From assembly GCF_006345805.1 (NCBI RefSeq), contig NC_043008.1, positions 62,868,001-62,932,000 of the forward strand: a stretch of DNA of 64,000 nt. The letters run 5' to 3'. The notes beneath the pieces are model-generated. The model did not search any database. It worked only from the letters and a program-made list of their open reading frames with translations, and was not told where the DNA came from. The translations under genes were made by a program, and so were the position numbers. Every line of letters starts with the position of its first letter. Within the stretch, counting starts at the first letter, position 1. Below, one piece after another: positions 26,152 to 41,093 of the stretch. This stretch comes from Octopus sinensis (Eukaryota).

Positions 26152-28214
26152 TTTATCAGATCCACATTTAATTATCATTTTGGATTCTAGAATTTGAGGG
26201 GCAGTACTTTTTATGCTTACTGTACATTACCTTGTCTTAATGACCACTTTTCCATACTGGAAGACAGAATTTGCAGATGCAGACTCTCTACAACCATGTG
26301 TTCTTCCTGCAGAAAGGCACAGAGCCATAGCAATTCCTATAGTAAATATTTGACCAACTTACACCTGTTTCTAAGCAAGATAAAATATATTCATGGCAAG
26401 ACATGTTTTTGATGGAAGATTGGAAATAGATAACATTGCATGTAATGACCATGGCACTTGTATAGAACCATCTCATAATGTCAGAACAAAACTGCACACA
26501 CAAACACATACACACGTATATACAAACACACTAAGAGATACTTTCAGTTACTGTTTACTAAATCCACTTGTATGACTTTGGTTAGTCTGAACATCAAAAT
26601 CCTGCTAAGCATTTTGCCTAGCTTGCTAACCAACCACATGGTTCCGGGTTCAGTCCCACAGCATGGCACCTTGGGCAAGTGTCTTCTACTATAGCCTTGG
26701 GCTGGCCAAATCTTTGTGAGCGGATTTGGTATACAGACACTGAAAGAAGCCTGTTGTATATATGTATCGATATATATGTGTGTGTGTTTGTGTGTCTGTG
26801 TTTGTTCCCCCCCCCCAACATCACTTGACAACCGATGCTGGTGTGTTTACGTCCCCGTAACTTAGTGGTTTAGCAAAAGAGACTGATAGAATAAGTACTA
26901 GGCTTACAAAGAATAAGTCCTGGGGTCGATTTGCTCGACTAAAAGCTGTGCTCCAGCATGGCCACAGTCAAATGACTGAAACAAGTAAAAGAGTAAAAGA
27001 GTGTGCTAACACTTCTGCCATCTCTCTACTTTATTATACCAAGCAAATATCAACAATATGAATCTCTCGAGTAAATATTACCTATTATTATATAACTTTC
27101 TTGCTTCTTTCATACTCATTTCTAAATGTTCTTTGGTACGCATTCATAAAACAATCTGAAAATTAAAAGTGAATCCAAATATGATTAATCAATGAAATGA
27201 ATTGCATTTCTTTATATGATTTTTCTTTTGGTTTCTGTAGTATGAGACACTTGCCTATAGTACCATGCAGTGGAGTGGAACCAAAGCTATGTAGATTTGA
27301 TTCAGTATTATTGCACCTTGGACAAATGCCTTCTACTAAAACTTCAATCAGCCCAAAGCCTTGTGAATGAATTCAGTAATGGGAAATTGAAACACATACA
27401 AAAAGACATGACAGGAAAATTATTCACACACTCAAAAAGAGAAGGTTTTTATTCAATACATATCTTTTAATGTCTTGTGTTTTATACAAGAACGTTGATT
27501 CAAACAATAGAACATGACAAGTATTTTTAATGGTAAAGAACACAAAACAAAATGTACTCCATGATTAAATAGATCGTGTCCATAAATATTAACATAAAAC
27601 TTTTAATTCAGACTCAAAGGTGGGACAGTATTTGTGATACTTTTAAGGCTCTGAAAGCTGGCAAGTTGAATGAAGGAGGTTGTTCCCAGACTTAATGTCT
27701 GGCTGAAATGATTACAAGATAATGCTAAAACCACTCAACTGCTGAAACCACTCAAATCATCTAAGAGCCAGTTAGAATGGTAAACAAAGCAAAGAGTAGA
27801 CTATCCTCCCGAAGCAACAGCATCCCTCGGATATACTTTCACCAAGTTTCTGATTGTCAAATTTTGCTCATATGAAATTGGTTGACTTAAGACTTGGATA
27901 TAAAAACTTGCCTAAAATGACAATGAGTAACAATAACCTCTAAATTCTTGTTTTTGTAAAGTGAATTTGTTAACCATATTACCATGCCTAACTTTACAAA
28001 GGTTTGCAAAAGAAATATTTCCAGTTGCCCTTTATATATCCCATGTCTGTGTACTTTTTGTCTAAATCAGAGTACATTTAAAGAGGAAATGAAGAAAAAC
28101 ACGTTTATAGGGTGTTTCTTTTTATTATGCAAGTTAACATGATACTGCTTTCCCCCATGTAATATGTGAGTTTGAAATGTTTTTTTCTTAATTTCAGATA
28201 TAGGAAATATAGAA

Positions 28215-28820
28215 ATGGGTCGAAGTAAAGATATAACATCAAAGGAGACGAAAGAAATAATGAAACTACCGGGAGAAGGGGATACAAGAATTGCAATTTC
28301 TAAAACGCTAGAGAGATCACAGAGCAATAATAAAAAAAAAACAGGTACAAATCGTAGAGAGAGTAAGAATAAGGAAGAAAACGGGTTTCAAGAACATCAA
28401 AAATAGAGATAAGAGAAAACTCGAAAGAATTATGTGCAAGAAAAGTGGGTTAACCAGCAAACAAATCTTTGAAGAAGCAGGAATCTCTAACGTACAAAGG
28501 AAAAAAACGTTGCGCAATACTAAAAGACATAAGCAAAGTCATAAATTTGGCAAAATTGCTTCCTTTAAATAAAGTACATAAAGAAAAAAAAGAGTGATAT
28601 GAGTAAAAAGATATATGAAGTCTTTACAAATGTAATTTTTCTGACCAGTGCAGGGCAACATTAGACAGACCAGATAGATGGGCAAGAGGCTGGGTGCTAC
28701 ATGGAAAAAGTCAACCAACACGATTAAGAAGACAGCAGGGTGGTGGAGGAATCATGTTTCGGGCTGGTAGAGATGGCGGAGACATTACAGGTCCATTTAA
28801 GTTTACTGATGCAGTTAAAA
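28215..28820 (+). mobile_element. Tc1-like transposase relic (N-terminal half)
   Basis: MGRSKDITSKETKEI... HTH start; later IFSDQCRA and QPTRLRRQQGGGGIMF. Confidence 0.75.
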
Positions 28821-29984
28821 TATATGCTCATTACTCTTTTTACTCTGTTACTTGTTTCACTCATTTGACTGTGGCCATGCTGGAGCACCGCCTTTAATTG
28901 AGCAAATCGACCCCAGGACTTATTCTTTGTAAGCCTAGTACTTATTCTATTGGTCTCTTTTCCCAAACTGCTAAGTTACGGGGATGTAAACTCAACAGCA
29001 TCGGTTGTCAAGTGATGTTGGGAGGACAAACAGATGCACAAACATATATATACATATATACGATGGGCTTCTTTCAGTTTCCGTCTATCAAATCCACTCC
29101 CAAGTCTTTGGTCGGCTCAAGGCTATAGTAGAAGACACTTGTCCAAGATGCCACGCAGTGGGACTGAACCTGGAACCATGTGGTTGGTAAGCAAGCTACT
29201 TACCACACAGCCACTCCTACGCCTTATATATATATATATACAACAGGCTTCTTTCAGTTTCCATCTTTCAAATCTACTCACATGGTTTTAGTCAGCCCAA
29301 GGCTAGAGTAGAAACCACCCGCTCAAGGTGGCATGCAGTGGAACTGAACCCAAAGCCATGTGGTTTGGAAGCAACTTCTTACCACACAACCACTGCTGAT
29401 ATTTCTAATTGCTAAATAAAATATTCCTCTACACAAAGTATTCTAATTAGCACCAATTACACTCTTGGAGTGGTTGGCATTAGGAAGGGCATCGAGCTTT
29501 AGAAACCATCCCAAATCAAACCAGAACCTGGTGCAGCTCTCTGACCCATCAGCTCCAGTCAAACTGGCCAACCCATGCCAGCATAAAAAGCAGACGTTAT
29601 ATGATGATGATGATGATGAGGTATGTGCCCAAAATACTCACACACGTTTCTTTTAATACATATATCTTATACATATCTATTCCAACATTGGTGTAATAAA
29701 GACATCTGCATACTTTTCACCTCACCATTAACCAGTCACACCATAAATAACGTGTGTGTGTGTGTTTGTGTGTCTGTGTGTGTGTGCACATGTGTGTGGG
29801 TGCTTCTGTCTATGTTTGTATGTGAGTGTGCAAGTATGTATTTATGTGTGTATGCATGTATGACTATATAGCATATATATTTGTCTGATATCTTCAGCGT
29901 CAATATAATAGATATGTTATATGTATTTACTTGTTTACTCAATGTTTCAGATAGCTTTTGCTGGCCTTTAATAATAAACATGTT

Positions 29985-30300
29985 TTAATTCAATTCAGCA
30001 CCAGAACTTAAACATTTCATTGTTTTATACAAATCATGTGGATCACACCTAGAGAACAACAAATTGTAACAGGAAAAAAGGGCATGTTTTTCTTTAGAAG
30101 AGAAGACTATATTGAGCTTCATAGAAAACAAACGACATTTAGCTTTAATTTTAATTTGAATTTTCAGTTCAGGGTGTTAATTTATCAGTAGAATTTGTTG
30201 AAGGCCATTTTTACAATTAGCAAAATGATCACCCAGCAAGTGATAGATGGGTTGTCCAAATCCTGTAATGGAATCTGTCTTCGGTTTTTCTAACTTAGAT
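29985..30300 (-). pseudogene. Decayed coding-like segment
   Basis: About 105 codons in one frame with a single stop: [59 protein letters not shown]...KCLSSGAELN. Confidence 0.35.
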
Positions 30301-30363
30301 ATATGATAGTTGTAAATATATATGTTATTTGTATGATATCTATATATACGATATATATGTATG

Positions 30364-30426
<63 letters not shown>

Positions 30427-30581
30427 ATATATACATGTATATATACACACATATATATATTTATATATATGTATACATATATATATTATAATGATATACA
30501 TGTATATAAATATATATATATGTACACAGATATATATACATATATACACAAATATGTATATATATATATATATATATACAT

Positions 30582-30617
<36 letters not shown>

Positions 30618-31969
30618 ACATATATATAATATATGTTTGTATGTATACATATATATATATTATAATGATATACATGTATGTATAGATATATATATATGTA
30701 CACAGATATATATACATATATATACACAAATATGTATATATATGTATATATCTATATCTATATATATGTGTGTGTGTGTGTGTCTATGTACACTGTCATA
30801 CATACATGCAAATGTGTGTGTGAAGACATTTATATATGTGTATAGTTCCATATCTATTTTCTTTGTATTTAGATACTTTTTGTTAAAATTGAAATCATCC
30901 TTTATTGTTCTTAAAGACATTTTTTTTTCTTCCTTGCTCAAAATCCTTCCATTATATTGCTTCCAACTGTGGTGTTATGAAAGTCAACTACATCCATAGA
31001 ATCAGTTGCTTTCAAAAATTATGAGATCAGTCAGGAAAATGGCCCTTTTGACATTTACAACATTTTTGCCATAAAACTGAACTACAATTTGAAATGTCAA
31101 ATTTGATTTAGATTAAAATCTTCCCTGAAATATAAAATTTTTAGAAAATAAATGTAGTCAGTGTATTTTAAATAATAGAATTAAAAATAGTAATAGGTGG
31201 TTTCTGAGATATTTAGTTTGAAATATGGGTGGTTTTTCCTATTCTAGAAACTTTTGATGAGCTGAGGAAGAGTTTGAAAGCTTTCAAGTTACTTCTGGAT
31301 GAAAAATTTTGTTATTTGTTAACATGAAATACTTTCTGATAGAAAAGTTTAAGTTGTATATATCAGTCCATGAACTACAAATACATGTGCAATTGTGATG
31401 AGAAAATGAAATTGTAAAGTTATTGATTAGAAAATAGTCTGTAGAAGAAGACTCCAGATGCAGTAGATGAACAAGTTAAAATTTAATGAAAGTTATTTGA
31501 TTTTGGTATTTTGCTTTTGTTACAATAATATTTTTGATGTGTTGAAATTTGTAACAAAAATGTTGGAAATATATGGAAAGAATTCCAGCCTGTATTTACT
31601 CTGTTAATGTGAGTAGGTGTTTTGTAAAAACTATCTCTGGTAACTTAGCAACTAAATTTAATAACCTACTTGCAGAAAGGAAAAAAAAAATTCTGTAATA
31701 TTTTAAATTAGTCTTTTATGCTTTTATTTCTATCAAAATTTACGCTAATTTTGCAAGCAAGAAATCCACATTTGTAAAGGAAGGTGTAAATTATTGAATC
31801 AACCCTATGGATTTGATGCTACTTAGTTTAGTGAGCAGCTGAGACAAAGTATCAGTCTAACGTGGATGATATTCAATATCAGAATAGCAAGTGCAGATAC
31901 CATAAGGCATCCTAAAAGCTTCTATGGAAACAATTATCTGTGCAGCAAAACTCAAATATTAAAATTTTT

Positions 31970-32078
31970 GCAGTAGTCATCTTCATTACCAAATTAGTTC
32001 ATCATTACACCTTTTATTATCATCATCATTTTCATCATTACCATCACCATCATACTCGTTATCGCCGTTGTCATCATT

Positions 32079-32115
<37 letters not shown>

Positions 32116-32860
32116 CCATTATCATCATTATCATCATCATCATCATCATCATCACCATCATCACCATTATCATCACTATCATTGTCATCATTGTCATCAT
32201 CGTCATCATTGTTGTCGTCATCGTCATTATCATCGTCATCATCATCACCATCACCATTATCATCATCATTATCATCATCATCGTCATCATCATCACCATC
32301 ATCACCATTATCATCATTATCATTGTCATCATTGTCATCATCATCATCATAGTTGTCGTCATTGTCATTATCATCATCATCACCATTGTCTGCTACATTG
32401 TCCTCCTCTTCATCATCATTATTATCATCGTCATCACTATCAACATCATCATCATTTTCCTCATTGGCATCGTTGTCATCATCATCATCATCATTGCCAT
32501 CTATATTGTCCTCCTCTTCATCATCATTATTATCATCATCATCATCACTATTAACATCATCACCATCATTTTCATCATTGCCATCATTGCCAGTGATGAC
32601 AACAATGATGATAATGCCAATGCCAATGATGGCAATAATAATTAAAACAACGACAATGATGAAAGCGGCAATGAAAACGACAATTATGATGATCGTCATG
32701 TTAACAATGATAACGACATCATCGTCATTATTATTCTTTCCTTCACCATCCTCATCACTATCAACATTGCATTTTTCATTATCATCATCATCATAATTAT
32801 CATTCTTTCCTACACCATCATCATCATTATCTTCATCGTCATCATCATCATCATCATCCA
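31970..32860. repeat. Long degenerate (ATC)n tract with an inverted-orientation block and a 108-bp duplication
   Basis: ATTGTCCTCCTCTTC at 32397 and 32505; ATG/GAT-oriented block at about 32590-32720. Confidence 0.9.
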
Positions 32861-34149
32861 ACTTTTCTTTCCTTTTTTTATTAAAGTTACATCATCTTAT
32901 CAAATTTTGTTGTCTTCCTAGTGCTAAAAGAAACAAGAATGTATACTAGAGCTCTAATTATTTTTGTGACTTGTTTTGTCCTTTAACAAACTTCTTCATC
33001 AAGCTCTCATTTGATAATAAATTGTAGTAAGGATGTTAACAATCTTCAGTAATTTATTTTTAACCTTCAAAAATTTCAAGAAAAATGTCTTAATATAATC
33101 AACTTTCCAATGAGCGATGTCTTTGTTTACCTAAAAAAAAAATACCTTTTTTTTCCCATTTTTGTGTAGAAATTTTTTAGTTTTTTATCCTTCTTTCTTT
33201 TTTGTAAGATGGTCTCTGGTAATTCAAAGACGGTTATTTGGTTATTTGTAGAAACCTCTGGCCAGACATATTTTTTCTTTCCTTTTTTTCCAAGCATTGT
33301 TTGAAGAAACAGTTTTTTTCTCTTCTGCTAAAATGAGTTTATATAAAGGCTGTTCTCTTTAAACTGAAATTTCGTGTTTATATTTTTGTTGTTATCATAA
33401 AATATTATTCTATTTTTTTTTCATTTCATTCTATTTTCTATTTGCTTTTGTTCTCATTAAAATAAAATTGCCACTGGTTACTTTGTTAATGTTCCAAACC
33501 AGGAAGACTTCCACAATAGTTTCTAGAGCAGTTTATTTCTTATTTCTTTTTTTTCATTCCATCCACTTGTCATATACATTGATGACTTGTAGAGTGTTTT
33601 CTTTTCTTTTTTTAACAACAGCTTATGCTTTTCCATCAAAACCTGAAATGTAAACAAAAGCAGATATGGAGAAATTCAAATTGTTTCAAATGACAGATTG
33701 TCTGAAAAAAAAAATAAATAAAAATAAATAAATGTGATAAAATATAATAGAAATGTGGTATATTTTTATGAGGTAGAAATATAAAAAGACAAGCTTAATT
33801 TTCTCTAAAATTTCTAAATGGAAGGATATTTCAAGAGAAGTTAAAAACAGCGACATTTTATGCACACAATACAAGGTTTCTATATGATAAAAGATTTCTT
33901 TACTTGGCTTCTATTCCTTGAAATGAAAGAGTGCATACAATGTGGGAATAAAGAAAAAATATAAAGTTTATCTATAGAAAAAATATAAACAGTATGAAAT
34001 ATATTTCGTTGGTTTATGTTCCTTTAATGTATATCCAAAAACAATTAAATATTAAAAAAATCCTGTTATAATTCAGTAGAAAAGATTTGAGAAGGGAAAT
34101 GTATTGTAGAATACCAGAGATATGCTTTTTTCCATAGCAGTTTTGGAAA

Positions 34150-34605
34150 TTAAACATCCTTCCGGATGGGATCTTGGATTCTCAGTGATGGAAAAGGTTC
34201 GTCATCTTTGCTACAGAGAACATAAGTCTGTAGAGAGAAAAAATTGTGACATGGAGCTAAAATGGTTTATGGTTCTGAAATGAAAGTAAAAGTGTAAAGT
34301 GTCTTTGGTGTAATGAAGGTGATATTCAGGAAATTGGGATTAAAGAAAGGGGAAGAGATGCCAGAAGAGATGAATTTTAACCACTCCGGTGAACTAAATA
34401 TGCTGAGAACTTAACTTAATGTATTTCACCCTATAGGCATAGGAGTGACTGTGTGGTAAGTAGCTTGCTTACCAACCACATGGTTCCGGGTTCAGTCCCA
34501 CTGTGTAACACCTTGGGCAGGTGTCTTCTACAATGCCTCAAGCCAACCAAAGCCTTGTGAGTGGATTTGGTAGATGGAAACTGAAAGAAGCCTGTCGTAT
34601 ATATG

Positions 34606-34658
<53 letters not shown>

Positions 34659-35240
34659 GTGTGTGTGTGTATATGTTTGTGTGTCTGTGTTTGTCCTTCC
34701 ACCAACATCACTTGAAAACAGATGCTGGTGTGTTTACATCCCCGTAACTTAGTGGTTCAGCAAAAGAGACCGACAGAATAAGTACTATGCTTACAAAGAA
34801 TAAGCCCTGGGGGCCATTTGCTTGATTAAAGACGGTGCTCCAGCATGGCCACAGTTAAATGACTGAAACAAGTAAAAGACTATAAATAATTAACGTTTGC
34901 ATTTCCATTCGTCTATCTTTTCCACGCATTCTACTCAGGAAGCTTATGGGTGTAGTATCCTCAGGCACCACTTCCATTCTTTTAATGTAAAAACAACTTT
35001 AAATTATTGCATGTAAAAATAAACCTTCTAAATCAATGGAGTCTTTGGCAAATGTTGTTTCGGTATAATGATCAGAATATCTACCATATTTACAGAAAAT
35101 GTGGATTTGAGTCTCATAGCCAGACTTCAACCATTTATAATCCAAAGGGGATTCTAACACAATATTCCCTATGCCACTATTTACAGCCTTATCTACTTTA
35201 TGTTTCACCATTAGAAAGAAAAATTATTTCATACCACTCA
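34150..35240 (-). pseudogene. Decayed coding-like segment interrupted by a family A SINE
   Basis: 35211-34880: about 110 codons with one stop (…DYKWLKSGYETQIHIFCK…HAII*SCFYIKRMEVVPEDTTPISFLSRMRGKDRR); after the SINE, about 80 codons with one stop (SPEWLKFISSG…KDDEPFPSLRIQDPIRKDV). Confidence 0.4.
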
Positions 35241-36201
35241 ATGTTTCTAAAATTCTTTTAATGTAAAAAACAGTTTATTTCAGATTTTTTAAAATTTAAT
35301 TTATTTATGATTTCAGTAATACAGCTAATTTACTTTATCTAACTAATCTAGCTAACCTAACAAAATCAGCTACATAGTTGAATTTTTACATTTAATCTCT
35401 TTAATCTTTGTAATTAGTTAATTAGAACCTAATAGAAAAACTACGCCGTTTAGATACAACCAGTTGGTTTTTAATCTATTTTCTGGATTTTACTTTATGA
35501 TTCTTACTCCTCTATATTCAATGTTCTAGCTATTTTTTTTTTGTTAAATCTCAATTCACTTTTATTTGAAAACACTTCTAAATTATCATGGAAACATTAA
35601 TTGACGACTGTTAAATTATATCAATGCATGTATTATGAAAAAGTATTGGTAATACAGTGGGTAACAGTATCTATATCTACAGCTGAAAGTCTTCATGCAT
35701 AACAGCATCATCATTATCATCATTGCCATTTTTAGCATCAACTTTACCATGCTTCTATGGGTCAGACAGAATTTGCTGAGACAGACTTTCTATAGACAGA
35801 TGCCCTTTCTAATACCAATCATCACCAGTTTCCAATCATGATAATATCTTCCAAGGCTAAACGTGCTTTTCATGCCTAGCTATGGGAAAGTGAACATCAT
35901 AATGGTATGGCACTGGTGTACAGTCAACTGTCATACATACATAACAATCTTCTTTTTCCAGCCTTCAGATCAATACATAAGGCTTTAATTGTCTTGTAGC
36001 AACAGTAGAACTCACTTCTCTAAGTTACCATACAGGGTAGCAGAATTGAAACCATGAAGTTATGAAACAAACCTCTTAATCACACAGTAATGACATCACA
36101 TGAACTAAAATAAAATTCTCATTCAACAATATATTTGAAGTATAGTTTTGAGGATAGCATTAGTAGTGATCTATCTCTTTTATAGTTTACTGGTTACTAA
36201 C

Positions 36202-36276
36202 CAACATTCACTTGTAAAAGCATTTTCTCTAATATGTTATAAGCTATAAACATTTGAGAGAAAAAGTTTTCAGTAA
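36202..36276 (-). other. 75-nt symmetric exon-like segment
   Basis: ataatttcccatgtttcag|TT ACT GAA…GTT G|gttagt; open frame TENFFSQMFIAYNILEKMLLQVNV. Confidence 0.4.
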
Positions 36277-36589
36277 CTGAAACATGGGAAATTATAAGGA
36301 TTTCTTTCAACTTAATAGAATGCAAATATTTTTAGGAGGGGAACATAGTAGATTCAGTCAGTTCTAAAACATAACTAGCAATTTGTTATGATTTTATGTA
36401 TGTCAGAGAGTGGAAAATAAAGTTTGTTCTACAAAGGTCAGTAAAAATATTACAGATTCATTTGGTTCAGTGTGCACCAGTTCAAATGATGATTGTAAAT
36501 GGAAAACTACAAAAGATTAGCTACATGAGGTTTCAAAATTCATCTGTCTAACATTATTAGTTACCTGTGTCAGTGTGTTTGTTTTGACA

Positions 36590-37250
36590 AAGTGTGAACA
36601 TCTTGAGAGAAAAGTTGGGCATAAGAGGCATTGGATGTGGTGTGCAAGAGAGATGACTGTGCTGGTGTGGTCATGTGATGTACATGGATGAGGACAACTG
36701 TGTAAAGAGGTGCTGATCTCTAACTGCAGAGGGAACCTGTAGTAGAGGTAGACCCAAGAAGACATTGGACAAAATAGTGATGCATGATCTTCAAACTTTG
36801 GGCCTCACAGAGTCAATGACTAGTGACCAAGACCTTTGGTGATATGCTGTGCTTGAGAAGATCTGTCAAGCCAAGTGAAATCTTATTCATGACCAATGCT
36901 GGTGTCATGTAACTGGCACCGGTGGCACAGAAAAAGAACCTTTTGAGCATTGGGCCTCACATAGGTTAAGTGGCTGATTGGTGGGACATGAAAAGTTCCT
37001 TTCAAGTGTTGGGCCTCATGGAGGCAATGATGACTGACCTAGACCTTTGGTATTATGTCATGCTTGAGAAGAAGAACCATCAAGCCAAGTAAAATTGCAA
37101 TTGTGACAGATATTGGTGTCACATAAATGGCACCCATGCCAGTGGCACTTAAAAGCACCCGTTACACTCTCAGAGTGGTTGGCATTAGGAAGAGCATCCA
37201 GCCATAAAAAACAATGCCATAAGAAATAAGGCATGTGCCTGTTACAGAGC
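36590..37250 (+). mobile_element. RTE LINE 3' fragment
   Basis: LREKLGIRGIGCGVQER…GRPKKTLDKIVMHDLQTLGLT, followed by the family 3' UTR; a similar minus-strand copy lies at 45510-46130. Confidence 0.85.
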
Positions 37251-37749
37251 CACATAACTGTGGCAACTGGCACTCCATTGGTTATGACAATGAGGGTTCC
37301 AGTTCATTTGATCAATGGAAAAGCCTGTTCATGAAATTAATATGCAAGTGGCTGAGTAATCCACAGACATGTGTACCCTTAACATAGTTCTCAAGGAGAT
37401 TCACCAGGACACAGAATGTGACAAAGCTGGCCTTTTGAATTACTGGTACAACTCATTTTTGCCAGTTGAGTGGAATGGAGCAACATGAAATAAAGTGTCT
37501 TGCTCAAGGACACAACACATCACAGGAGTCTGATTCAGCCTTCCAGCTTACCAGTTCTGGTAAAACTGCCCATCCCATGCGAGAATAGACAACAGACGTT
37601 AAATGATGATGATGATGAGGAGGATGATAATGATGATGATGATGTATCAGGATGATTCACACCTAGTATCAAAATACTGATATGACTGTTTCTCAATACT
37701 CTGTGAACACTAAATGCTTTAAGACATGACATGGATGGCTGCAACATCG

Positions 37750-38842
37750 ACTACAAAACCATGGTCAGAGAAATGGACAGAGCAGTTGTTCTGACTGCAA
37801 CTGCTGACCAGAATTTATCCAACAACTGATGCACAAGGCATTAGCCTTAATCCAAATGGCTGCTGGAAACTGTGGTCAAATCCTGTCTGCAGAGGTTTGT
37901 TGCTAGAAGGCCAAATATGTGATAACAGGATTCAGCTCCTGTTATACCTCTGGAAAGATTCAGAGGTGGTTGTTGGAGAATTTCTTTGACTTTACTAGCA
38001 CCAGTTTCTAACTTCCTAATTCCCTTGATTGTAAAACCATGGATTACTATGTGCAGGGAATGGCTGTCTTCTTCTTGTCTTGAGACAGCATTCACCTGGG
38101 GTGGGTTGAGCTGGTTTCATTCATCCTTAATGCTGCTTCTCTCACAAACACCGACCAGGCCTGGCGATTTGAGGCTAACGACCGCGTGATCTCCAACCAC
38201 TCCCTATTCCAGCAGCGAATGCCGTAGACATGGGGGCCTAGGTTGGGTTCCAGATCAGCCTTGACTGTCATCAGCCAGGTTTTTCATTGTCCACCACATC
38301 GCTTTTGCCAACCCTGAAGGGGAGCTGAGGCAATTGCTTCCTAGATGAATTCTCCTGGTTGACGATGGAGGGCATGACCCAGCCAATGCAGATGTCTTGT
38401 TAGGATGACTTGTCAAAGGGAGGTGATTATGTACTGGTGTCGCACCGAATTGTTGGAGACATGAAGGATGTGGTGTAGACAGAGGTGATCAAAGGATTCC
38501 AGTCGCTTAGTATCTTCCACTCTCATCGGCCATGACTTGCTGCCATAAAGGAGAAGACACCAAGTGTTCTACCTGCAATGCTAAGGCTGAGTTGGTGGCA
38601 AAGATCAAGGAGTTGTTTGAAGATCTTCCCAAGGATACTGTAAGGAAAGGATGTACTCAATACTGAAGCGATTTTGATGCCATAGTGGAAGCTGAATGTG
38701 GCTGCTTTGAATAAACTGTTATCTCCCTGCCACAATCTAGTTGATATTTTATGATTTTTTAAAATAATTTCATTTTTGGATGGAATAATTCTTTTTCCTT
38801 TTCCTTTTATGCAAACTGTCAAACTTAGCCCAGACACCCTGT
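37750..38842 (+). mobile_element. maT/DD37D relic split by an RTE insertion
   Basis: LETVVKS…QDSAP…DYYVQG at 37860-38060 resumes at about 38550 and ends in CCCAGACACCCTGTA (TIR-like). Confidence 0.75.
38066..38549 (-). mobile_element. RTE LINE 3' end (second subfamily)
   Basis: YGSKSWPMRVEDTKRLESFDH…HWLGHALHRQPGEF…KTWLMTVKADL…LASNRQAWS with (CAAGA/AGA)n tail. Confidence 0.8.
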
Positions 38843-39417
38843 AGATAAATAGATATATTATTCAATACATTTGGAGCAAATACAGCACATTAACACAACA
38901 GACTAACATATGAATTGCATTTATAACTAGATTGCATGACTTCTCAGCAAGTTCTAAAATACAATACATTTTGCTGTATTAAATAATTTAAAATTATACA
39001 AATGCTTAAAATGTCATCCTTTCAGTAAATTTACTTCAAATGATTCTGCTTTATCATTACCAATGATAAAGATTTATAGCGATGGCATATTAGGAATAAT
39101 GGCGAAGGATGAAAAGTCGGTAATGATGAGTATTGCTGAATTAAAAATAAATGCTGCAATTTAGGAATACTGCAGACTATTCTAAATTTAGGATTTGTCA
39201 GCCAAACTTTGAAGTGCTGTTTTGATAAAAGGCTTTTCTTCTCAGCCATCAAAGTTTATGTGAACACAACTTTCTTGATGCTGTCTTTTGAATCATATGC
39301 TCGCAGATTACACAACATGGCAAGCATCCTCATGTATCTATGCATTTATGCAGACTTTTCCATAGCCAAATATCATGATTATGTCCTTATATTCATGTGC
39401 ATGTGTATGTGTGTGAA

Positions 39418-39454
<37 letters not shown>

Positions 39455-39456
39455 GT

Positions 39457-39790
39457 GAAGGCGCGTGGCTCAGTGGTTAGAGCGTCGAGCTTATGATCGT
39501 GAGGTTGTGAGCTCAAATCCCAGACCGGGCTGCGTGTTGTGTTCTTGAGCAAGACACTTTATTTCACGTTTCTCCAGTTCACTCAGCTGTAGAAATGAGT
39601 TTCGACGTCACAGGTGCCAAGCTGTATCGGCCCTTGCCTTTCCCTTGGACAACATCGGTGACATGGAGAGGGGAGGCCGGTATGCATGGGCGACTGCTGG
39701 TCTTCCATAAAACAATCTTGCCCAGACTTGTGCCTCAGAGGGTAACTCTCTAGGTGCAAACCCATGGTCAGTGTCTGACCGAAGGGGGTC
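39457..39790 (+). mobile_element. tRNA-derived SINE family D
   Basis: GAAGGCGCGTGGCTCAGTGGTTAGAGCG head, B-box-like GAGCTCAAATCCC, central TTGAGCAAGACACTTTATTTCACG; degenerate copy at about 10015-10270. Confidence 0.85.
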
Positions 39791-40303
39791 ACTACTCATA
39801 TATATATATTCTTTTATTCTTTTATTTGTTTTACACATTTGACTGCGGCCATGCTGGGTCATTGCCTTTAGTCAAACAAATCTACCCCAGGACTTATTCT
39901 TTGTAAGCATTGTACATATTCTAGATAGATAGATATTTATTCTTCACCAGTTGATCCCCTGCATTCCTCTCCAACTGAGCATTTCTAATCTTGTGGGCTC
40001 ATGGGTTCTGATGCTGCATAAGAGCGCCCAGTACACTCTGAAAAGTGGTTGGCACTAGGAAGAGCATCCAGCTGTAGAAATTATGCCAAAGCAGACATGG
40101 AACATGGGCTGCTCTTCAGCTGGCAAACTCCTGTCAAACCATCCAACCCATGCCAGCATGGAAAACGAACGTTAAATGATGATAATGATGATGATGATGA
40201 TGTGTGTATGTGTGCATATGTGTGTGTACATATATATATATATATTATATATATATATATATATATTAATATATACATACATACATACATGTGTATATAT
40301 ATG

Positions 40304-40342
<39 letters not shown>

Positions 40343-41023
40343 AGAGAGAGACAGACAGGCAGACAGAAAGAGATATGTATGTGCATGTGTGTCCTTGTCT
40401 TGATATCATGTGATAAACAAATACGCATCATTGCGAGGCAAGCAATGGTGTTTGTTTAAACTGATTAAAAATTAAATGAAAATAAAAAAACAAGGCAGTC
40501 AACCTGATCATTAGTAGTTACAGTGACAATTCAAAACATGCTTGCTTTTATAACTGCGTCAAAACTATTTTATGCTTTTTAAGTCAAGTTCTTTTCCAAG
40601 AATGAGATTTATAAGTAGAATAACAGTGTCAGACAAACTTTTGTTTCAATAAATAATTAAGTGACTCTTTTGACAAATGATTTGACAAGTTAAAATTTTA
40701 CTGAGACATGATTTCATAAATCCGTTTGCTGATATGCCAAAAGTAAGACACCATTCTATGTTGTAACTCACTCTATAATATCTGTTTGGTACTTCTGCAC
40801 ACTTTCCATCAGAAAACCAGGTGACTACATTTAGAAATTAGAAATACACAAGCTGTATAAGCACAGGAGTGGCTATGTGGTAAAGTAGCTTGCTTACCAG
40901 CCACATGGTTCTGGTTCAGTCCCACTGCATGGCACCTTGGGCAAGTGTCTTCTACTATAGCTTTGGGCCAACCAACACCTTGTGAGTGGATTTGGTTGAT
41001 GGAAACTAAAAGAGGCAGTCGTA

Positions 41024-41093
<70 letters not shown>

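Noticed and set aside
32870-33100. Kolobok-like motif (LLSNESLMKKFVKGQ)
   Set aside because: Single short resemblance without the catalytic motifs
39457-39530. SINE heads as tRNA genes (also 15370-15440, 24018-24090)
   Set aside because: A and B boxes are present but there is no complete cloverleaf, and they continue into SINE bodies
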